Below are positions 25,872-32,000 of a stretch of DNA of 32,000 bases, one piece after another. The notes beneath the pieces are model-generated. The model was not told the DNA's origin and ran no database searches. It saw only the letters and a list, made by a program, of their open reading frames with translations. Position 1 is the first letter of the stretch; the number at the start of each line of letters is the position of its first letter. The position numbers and the translations under genes are program-made. The stretch is from Halomicronema hongdechloris C2206 (lineage in GTDB: Bacteria; Cyanobacteriota; Cyanobacteriia; Phormidesmidales; Phormidesmidaceae), in assembly GCF_002075285.3 (NCBI RefSeq), contig NZ_CP021983.2:3330001-3362000 (forward strand). The letters are read 5' to 3'.

Positions 25872-25894
25872 CTATGGCAATACCGTTGCCATAG
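25872..25894. promoter_or_regulatory. Perfect 9-bp inverted repeat CTATGGCAA-taccg-TTGCCATAG upstream of ndhH
   Basis: Read directly. It lies immediately downstream of a TTGACC hexamer (25866..25871) and 53 nt before the ndhH ATG. Confidence 0.3.
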
Positions 25895-25946
25895 CCACAC
25901 ATCTCACCCTTAGAACCATTGATCAGACGACGACCGCGCTGACCCT

Positions 25947-27131
25947 ATGTCAAGAATTGAGACTAAAACTGAACCCATGGTGATTAACATGGGGCCGCAC
26001 CATCCCTCGATGCACGGGGTATTGCGTCTGATTGTCACCCTGGATGGGGAAGATGTGATTGATTGCGAACCGGTAATTGGCTACCTCCATCGTGGCATGG
26101 AGAAGATCGCCGAAAGCCGCACCAATATCATGTTCATCCCCTATGTCAGCCGTTGGGACTATGCGGCAGGCATGTTCAATGAAGCGATTACGGTAAACGC
26201 TCCAGAGCAGCTGGCAGATGTAGATGTGCCTAAGCGGGCTCGCTATATTCGAGTGCTGATGCTGGAGCTGAATCGAATCGCTAACCACCTACTGTGGCTG
26301 GGACCGTTTCTGGCAGATGTTGGAGCCCAGACCCCATTCTTCTACATCTTCCGTGAGCGGGAGATGATCTACGATCTCTGGGAAGCCGCCACTGGTATGC
26401 GGCTCATTAACAACAACTACTTCCGCATCGGTGGAGTCGCCGCTGATTTGCCCTACGGTTGGATTGATAAGTGCTTAGACTTCTGTGACTACTTCGATCC
26501 CAAGGTTGACGAGTACGAGCGCCTCATTACCAACAATCCGATTTTCCGTCGCCGCATTGAAGGGATTGGCACCATCAGCCGTGAGGATGCCATTGCCTGG
26601 GGGCTCTCTGGCCCCATGCTGCGCGGTTCCGGAGTCAAGTGGGACCTACGCAAGGTAGACCACTACGAGTGCTACGACGACTTCGACTGGGACGTTCATT
26701 GGGAAACCGCCGGCGATTGTTTAGCGCGCTACTTAGTGCGCATTCGGGAAATGCGAGAATCGGTGAAAATCCTGCGCCAAGCCTGCCGTCAGATTCCAGG
26801 GGGCCCTTACGAAAACTTAGAAGCCAAACGCATGGCTGAAGGACCAAAGTCTCAATGGAACGACACTGACTACCAATTCATCGGCAAAAAGATCCCACCC
26901 ACATTTAAGATTCCCTCCGGGGAGCACTACGTGCGCCTGGAGACCGGTAAGGGAGAACTGGGTATCTTTATCATCGGCGATGACAATGTCTTTCCCTGGC
27001 GTTGGAAGATTCGTCCACCCGATTTTAACAACCTACAAATCTTTCCCCATATCCTGCGAGGGGTAAAGGTGGCCGATATCGTCGCCATTCTAGGTAGCGT
27101 CGATATCATCATGGGCTCGGTTGATCGTTAA
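25947..27131 (+). CDS. ndhH: NAD(P)H-quinone oxidoreductase (NDH-1) subunit H
   Basis: 394 aa. Matching segments are [31 protein letters not shown] and the C-terminus DIIMGSVDR. Confidence 0.97.
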   Translation: MSRIETKTEPMVINMGPHHPSMHGVLRLIVTLDGEDVIDCEPVIGYLHRGMEKIAESRTNIMFIPYVSRWDYAAGMFNEAITVNAPEQLADVDVPKRARYIRVLMLELNRIANHLLWLGPFLADVGAQTPFFYIFREREMIYDLWEAATGMRLINNNYFRIGGVAADLPYGWIDKCLDFCDYFDPKVDEYERLITNNPIFRRRIEGIGTISREDAIAWGLSGPMLRGSGVKWDLRKVDHYECYDDFDWDVHWETAGDCLARYLVRIREMRESVKILRQACRQIPGGPYENLEAKRMAEGPKSQWNDTDYQFIGKKIPPTFKIPSGEHYVRLETGKGELGIFIIGDDNVFPWRWKIRPPDFNNLQIFPHILRGVKVADIVAILGSVDIIMGSVDR

Positions 27132-27159
27132 CCTGGCTCAGTTCTGCAGATACTGCTCT

Positions 27160-28137
27160 CTATTGAAGTGGTGATGATGCCTTCAGTAGAGCAGCAATTT
27201 CTGCAGCGGTTGGTTGAGCGGCAATGGCTCCTGCTTGGCAGGTAGCTAGGGCCCCTGCCGCGCTGGCGTAGGCCACTATAGCAGCCACCTGCTGCGGCTG
27301 TTTTAAGCTATCCCATCCCCTCTCTAGCAACTGGCATAAGAAAGCGGCTAGAAACGCATCTCCGGCTCCCGTGGTGTCTTGACTAGGGACAGCAAAGGCT
27401 GGCTGATACCCACGTTGTCCCCATGCGACGTAGGTACAACCAGCAGCGCCAGCAGTCACCAGCACGGCTTTAGCCTGAGGAAACTGCCTAGCGATGACCT
27501 CTGGATCCGCTGTTCCCAACAACTCCTGAGCATCGTCTTGGGACCATTTGAGCAGGGTAGCTTGTTTGAGGAAATCATGAATTATCTCCAGGGCGATGGC
27601 GGGATTTGGCCAAAACATGGGCCGCCAATTGATGTCGATAATAATAGGAACGTCATGTTGCTGAGCCAGGGTTGCCGCCTGTGCCATTGCCGCTCTGCTC
27701 TGAGGATAGGCTAATGCTAGGGTCCCCATGACCAGACCTGCGGTTGCCTGGGACCAATGCAATTGCAACCAGTCAGATGATAACCGGGCATCAGCAAACC
27801 CAGAGGGATCTGAATGACTAAACCCAGCAAACCAACGCTCTCCCATTGCATTACGCTTCACAATCACCTGACGAGTAGGAGCTTTAGATCGCTGCACCCC
27901 TTGACAATCCACCCCAATCGCTTGAAGCCGTTGAATCAAAGTGTCCCCTGCAACATCCTGCCCGATACAGCCCAGAAATCGAGCAGCTCGGCCCAATTTC
28001 ACCAAGGCACAGGCGACATTGGCAGGCGCTCCCCCTGGATAGTCTGTCCCCGTGAGGGAGTCAGGAGCCATCAAGCGATCGATCAGACATTCCCCTATAC
28101 AGGTGACAGGCTGAGCAGGTAGATGATGTTTCCCCAT
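27160..28137 (-). CDS. PfkB-family carbohydrate kinase (fructokinase-like)
   Basis: Matching segments are CIGECLIDRL, GGAPANVA and TTGAGDAFLAAF. The ORF-track start at 28167 is TTG and overlaps the sds stop. The ATG at 28137 (MGKHH) is preferred, but the start is uncertain. Confidence 0.85.
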   Translation of the reverse strand: MGKHHLPAQPVTCIGECLIDRLMAPDSLTGTDYPGGAPANVACALVKLGRAARFLGCIGQDVAGDTLIQRLQAIGVDCQGVQRSKAPTRQVIVKRNAMGERWFAGFSHSDPSGFADARLSSDWLQLHWSQATAGLVMGTLALAYPQSRAAMAQAATLAQQHDVPIIIDINWRPMFWPNPAIALEIIHDFLKQATLLKWSQDDAQELLGTADPEVIARQFPQAKAVLVTAGAAGCTYVAWGQRGYQPAFAVPSQDTTGAGDAFLAAFLCQLLERGWDSLKQPQQVAAIVAYASAAGALATCQAGAIAAQPTAAEIAALLKASSPLQ

Positions 28138-28163
28138 GGGGTGAGCTGGAGAGACCACTTGGC

Positions 28164-29135
28164 TCAATGCAAGCGTCGTAGTACGTAGTCTACTAACTCG
28201 ACTAGGGCATCTCGAGACTCAGAAGCCGGTAGGCTCTGCAAGCAATCGATAGAGCGATGACCATGCTGAGCCGCTAATTGCCGAGAGCGTTCTAGCCCCT
28301 GGCTAGACTCAACCAGGTCAATAGCTTGGTCGAAGTCTCCCGGCTGAGAAAATTCCCGTTCAATCAAAGCAGCTAAATAGGGCTTTTCCTCCAAGGCATA
28401 GAGCACTGGTGCCGTTAGATTCCCGTTTTTCAAATCTGATCCGGCTGGTTTGCCCAAGACATCGTCTGAACTAGTGAAGTCAAGGATATCATCCACAATT
28501 TGGAAGGCTAATCCCAAATTTCGACCATAGTCATAGAGTTGCTGGGTAGCCTCATCAGGCAGTCCACTCAAGACACCCGCTGCTTTAGCACTATTGGCAA
28601 TCAAAGAGGCGGTCTTACAATAGCTTTTTTGTAGGTAGGCCTCCATAGAGAGGTCAGGGTCGAAGCGATTTAACCCCTGCTGAATTTCGCCTTCCGCTAA
28701 ATCCATAATTACCTGGGATAACAGCTTGACCACAGTAAGATTGTCGAGATTAGCTAGATACCAAGATGATTGGGCAAACAGGAAATCTCCAGCCAGGACG
28801 GCGACTTGGTTGCCGAAGTTGCTATGAACTGTCGGGACGCCTCGACGGGTTGCGGCCTCATCCACCACATCATCGTGGACGAGACTGGCTGTATGAATCA
28901 TTTCAGTAATCTCAGCCAGTCGGCGATGCTTAGGGGTTATGTCTTGGCTAAGCATGGTAGCGCGAGATAGCAGAAAGACGATCGCTGGGCGGATGCGCTT
29001 TCCACCGGCACCAAAGAGATGCTCAGCCGCAGCATAAAGAATCGGGTGTCGAGTACCCACGAGACTCTTGAGGTTATCAGCCAGGATAACTAAATCGGCT
29101 TCAACCGGGGCAAACAAAGAAGTGACTGAAGTCAT
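28164..29135 (-). CDS. sds: Solanesyl diphosphate synthase (all-trans long-chain polyprenyl diphosphate synthase, plastoquinone pathway)
   Basis: There are two Asp-rich motifs, LVHDDVVDE and FQIVDDILDF. The segment GGKRIRPAIVFL also matches. The ATG at 29135 gives MTSVTSLFAPVEADL, while the track start at 29210 is TTG. Confidence 0.92.
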   Translation of the reverse strand: MTSVTSLFAPVEADLVILADNLKSLVGTRHPILYAAAEHLFGAGGKRIRPAIVFLLSRATMLSQDITPKHRRLAEITEMIHTASLVHDDVVDEAATRRGVPTVHSNFGNQVAVLAGDFLFAQSSWYLANLDNLTVVKLLSQVIMDLAEGEIQQGLNRFDPDLSMEAYLQKSYCKTASLIANSAKAAGVLSGLPDEATQQLYDYGRNLGLAFQIVDDILDFTSSDDVLGKPAGSDLKNGNLTAPVLYALEEKPYLAALIEREFSQPGDFDQAIDLVESSQGLERSRQLAAQHGHRSIDCLQSLPASESRDALVELVDYVLRRLH

Positions 29136-29850
29136 GGATGGACCGACAAAGGCGGTTCGGTTACGAAATTTTACATATCCTGTTCTCATTCTAAGCCAAG
29201 GTTTCAGCAAGTGAAATTCTCGCTGAGATCAAATCGGGGATCAGCTTCTCTACCGGGTCCAGTTTGGGAATCGCCATAGAAATGGCCGCAATTGCTACTG
29301 TGCATGGATGCTAGAGTCCTATGCCAGCGACCTACAGCCAGTAGTCTGGATGCTAAAGAGACTCTTTCCGTTCCGCTTGGTTCCCTAGCCTTCTAGCCAT
29401 TGCAACTGGACCAAGTTTGCCTGTGTGTTGCTGTTAGCAGGTAACTCACCATCATAGCCCTTGCGATTTGTAAAACTGCCCCCTAATCCCCTCGGTATTT
29501 CGACTGCTCATGCTAAACTACTTATTAAGATTTCCCAAAACCAAATAGAAACACGTGCAGATGTGATAAGAATTCGTCTCTCATGGGGTGATGAGTTTAG
29601 CTTTTGCTGAAAAGTTGGCGGTGATGGGCCATGGAATTGTTTATCCATGCCTAGTTGCTGTTCTCTAGAGGCAAAGTGCGTTCTAGATTAATGCATGCGT
29701 TTTTAGTCGATTGCTCTGGCTGAATGCTCGCCTGCGGTGATTGACTTTGCTCAGGGAAATCTTGATTGTGATATTTCGCCCGAGTTGGGGAAGTGTTTCC
29801 CTACGGCTCTTGGGCTGCTTATTCACCATTTCCCGCATTCCTCACTCACC

Positions 29851-29970
29851 ATGGTACTCGACGCTTCTGTTCTCATTATTCTGGCATTGGCAATTGGTTA
29901 TCTAGTTATTGTCTATGGACTATTGACGCTGGCTCATCGCGTGGAACGACGAAGTAAGCCGGAGTCTTAG
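29851..29970 (+). CDS. Possible 39-aa single-pass membrane peptide (MVLDASVLIILALAIGYLVIVYGLLTLAHRVERRSKPES)
   Basis: An internal ATG of the track ORF 29737..29970, which itself starts at GTG. It has one clear hydrophobic helix followed by a basic tail. There is no obvious ribosome-binding site and no recognised family. Confidence 0.3.
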   Translation: MVLDASVLIILALAIGYLVIVYGLLTLAHRVERRSKPES

Positions 29971-29993
29971 TTGCTAGGTTGGTGGTCTAACCT

Positions 29994-30896
29994 CTAAGGA
30001 TTAATACTCTTAGAGAGCTGCTCACCGTTTTTACCAGCTTCCCCTAGGAAAGCCGGTGTGATGGTTGGTGGTATAGCTGGGAGTTTTATTTGTTGAACGG
30101 TGATAGGCTCCTGTAGCCACTGCGTCGCTAGCCCGGTAAAGGATTGGGGCTGTCCACTGACGTAGAACTGAGTTGGTAGGGGGAAGCCGTCTCGTCTGAG
30201 CCCGAGAATATCTAGTTCTTTGGCGGCAGCGGCTACCAAGTGGACCGCTGGGTCAATATAGGTCATGGTCGAGGGAAGCAGTGACTCTAGCACTGGGGCT
30301 AGGTGAGGATAGTGAGTACAGCCATAGACTAGGGTATCGACGTGAGCCGTGACTAAGGGGGCTAGATAGTTGCGGGCAATGCGTCGGGTTTGAGGACTAT
30401 GGATGTGATTTTGTTCGATTAAGGGGACAAACTGTGGGCAGGCGACTTGCCAAACCCGGCAGTGAGCATTGGCCTCTAAGATGGCTTGCCGATAAGCATC
30501 ACTGGCTATGGTAGCTGGGGTGGCGATGACCCCGATGCGCCGTCCGACGCTGGCAGCTGCCCGGCCAGCAGGATGGATCAATCCTAGAATCGGGATAGGA
30601 AATTCTTGTTGAACTTGTTCTAGGGCCAAGGCCGAGCTCGTGTTGCAGGCCATAATAACCATCTTGACCTGCCGCTCCATCATCCAGGTTAAAATTTGGC
30701 GCACGAAGTAAAGAATGTCTGAGGCGGAACGGGTGCCGTAGGGCAAGCGGGCCGTATCGCCGAAGTAGAGGATGGATTCATCGGGGAGTTGCCGACGTAA
30801 CTCCCGCAGGACAGTCAGACCGCCGACGCCACTATCAAACACACCAATTTGAGCCGTGGCAGTATGCTCACCGGAAGGGGAAAACCACTGGTTCAT
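29994..30896 (-). CDS. murI: Glutamate racemase
   Basis: Matching segments are IGVFDSGVGGLTVL, MACNTSS and YGCTHYPHL, which carry the two catalytic Cys motifs. Confidence 0.93.
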   Translation of the reverse strand: MNQWFSPSGEHTATAQIGVFDSGVGGLTVLRELRRQLPDESILYFGDTARLPYGTRSASDILYFVRQILTWMMERQVKMVIMACNTSSALALEQVQQEFPIPILGLIHPAGRAAASVGRRIGVIATPATIASDAYRQAILEANAHCRVWQVACPQFVPLIEQNHIHSPQTRRIARNYLAPLVTAHVDTLVYGCTHYPHLAPVLESLLPSTMTYIDPAVHLVAAAAKELDILGLRRDGFPLPTQFYVSGQPQSFTGLATQWLQEPITVQQIKLPAIPPTITPAFLGEAGKNGEQLSKSINP

Positions 30897-30963
30897 GCAG
30901 GATCACCTAGGGATGAAGATGGGTCATGGTTGGATGTGCGTTTGGAGCGGCAGGAAACCTGCT

Positions 30964-32000
30964 TCAGGAAGAGGCTTCGGGGGATGACTCAACACTGTCT
31001 GACTTGTCTAGGGCAGGTTCTCCAGAGGCTTGGGAGGGATCATCACTGAAGATCAAACGCAGAAACGGTGGTGCCAGAAAGGTGGTGAGAATCACCATGA
31101 CGATGATGGCGGCTTCTAAGGATTCTGACAAGACACCACTGGCAGAGCCCACACCAGCAAAGACCAAGCCCACTTCTCCCCGTGGAATCATACCAATGCC
31201 AACGGCTAAACGATTGATGCCAGGTTGCCCAATGATGGCATAGCCGGTAACAATCTTGCCGATAATCGCGACGATTACCAGAAATGAGGCAATGATTAGT
31301 CCGGCTCGATTAGACGGATCCATCGGATTCAGCACACTGATGTCTGTGCGCGCCCCTACGCTGACAAAAAATACCGGCACTAGGATGTCAGAAATGGGAC
31401 TGATTTGCTCTTCTAATTCTTTGCGTTTAGAGGTTTCGGCTAAGATGAGTCCGGCTGCAAATGCGCCTAGAATAGCCTCTAATTGAATGGTGGCGGCGAT
31501 GTAAGCCAGTAGGAAGGCAAATACTAGGGAGCTGACGATGACTTGCCCGCGGGTCTTGAGATGGTCAACTAGGGTGACGAAGAAAGGGCTCAGCAGTCGA
31601 CCGACGAAAATGGCCCCTACCAGGAAGACGGCGGCCCCAACTACCAGGTAGATGACATTGGCAATTTCAATTTCGCCGGTCTTGGCCAGGCTAGCCACGA
31701 CGGCTAGGACGATGATGCCAAGGACGTCGTCTAAGACAGCGGCTCCAATGATAATCTGCCCTTCTTCGGAACTCAGCTTTTGCAGTTCTGCCAAGACCTT
31801 AGCGGTGATACCAATGCTGGTGGCTGTGAGGGCAGCGCCGGCGAAGACGGCAGGTACGGTGGGAACGTTGAATAGGGCAATGAGACCGGCGGTTCCGGCT
31901 GAGAAGGGGGCAACGACGCCAATGATGGCTACCACAGCTGCCTGGGGGCCAACGCGAATGAGTTCTTTGAGATCGGATTCTAGCCCGATTTCAAACAGTA
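30964..32000 (-). CDS. Cation:proton antiporter (CPA family, Kef/NhaS-like), with the N-terminal part outside the window
   Basis: A polytopic membrane protein. The frame stays open upstream of the track start (GTG at 31935) right to the window edge, reading LFEIGLESDLKELIRVGPQAAVVAIIG, a typical CPA motif. Confidence 0.9.
   Translation of the reverse strand, partial: LFEIGLESDLKELIRVGPQAAVVAIIGVVAPFSAGTAGLIALFNVPTVPAVFAGAALTATSIGITAKVLAELQKLSSEEGQIIIGAAVLDDVLGIIVLAVVASLAKTGEIEIANVIYLVVGAAVFLVGAIFVGRLLSPFFVTLVDHLKTRGQVIVSSLVFAFLLAYIAATIQLEAILGAFAAGLILAETSKRKELEEQISPISDILVPVFFVSVGARTDISVLNPMDPSNRAGLIIASFLVIVAIIGKIVTGYAIIGQPGINRLAVGIGMIPRGEVGLVFAGVGSASGVLSESLEAAIIVMVILTTFLAPPFLRLIFSDDPSQASGEPALDKSDSVESSPEASS

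Noticed and set aside
29340-29400. Possible glutamine-type riboswitch, suggested by gggaaccaagcggaacggaaag on the minus strand
   Set aside because: It resembles the motif only superficially at the ACGGAA segment. The remaining conserved positions and pairing that I remember for glnA and Downstream-peptide motifs are not present.
29831-29850. Yfr1-like motif (attcctcactcacc) upstream of the small membrane ORF
   Set aside because: It is similar to the Yfr1 core ACUCCUCACAC but not identical. The two flanking stem-loops that define Yfr1 are not evident.
30849-31486. Plus-strand ORFs 30849..31049, 30926..31243 and 31256..31486
   Set aside because: They are antisense to the murI start and to the antiporter gene, whose membrane-protein frame is unambiguous.

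Overview
This window reads as an ordinary cyanobacterial chromosomal core segment. Evidence for that origin: ten copies of the HIP1 octamer GCGATCGC, apcD, ndhH, phylloquinone menB, solanesyl-diphosphate synthase, and a tmRNA whose tag is ANNIVPFARKAAPVAA. I support about 27 protein genes on both strands. Most are housekeeping: rRNA methyltransferases rlmD, rsmD and rsmH; lpxD; hisH; murI; rplU-rpmA; a GH57 glucan enzyme; a PfkB sugar kinase; and a cation/proton antiporter that runs off the right edge. There is also a divergent TetR + MFP + RND efflux locus, a translationally coupled response-regulator-GAF-PP2C phosphatase with an RsbW-like kinase, and a few short or uncharacterised ORFs. One RNA gene that an ORF track cannot show is a one-piece tmRNA (ssrA) at 13152..13536 on the minus strand. 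I found no transposase, integrase, phage gene, CRISPR array, toxin-antitoxin pair or recognisable defence gene, and I cannot honestly point to a novel multi-gene system here. The most unusual structure is non-coding. A mosaic repeat element occurs in two inverted copies (1..281 and about 24243..24660), each filling a gap between convergent genes. The copies carry heptanucleotide tandem arrays that differ in unit sequence and copy number. Comparing them gives filled-versus-empty-site evidence for very small nested insertions, and copy 2 has an adjacent C-depleted G-tract block. Secondary curiosities are a protein with four 19-aa RPI-motif repeats next to ssrA, several perfect 9-10 bp inverted repeats in divergent promoter gaps, and unusually long AT-rich intergenic gaps. 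All functional calls come from motif and family recognition by eye, with no searches run. Several ORF-track N-termini start at TTG or GTG, and I trimmed these to internal ATGs where family N-termini suggested it.
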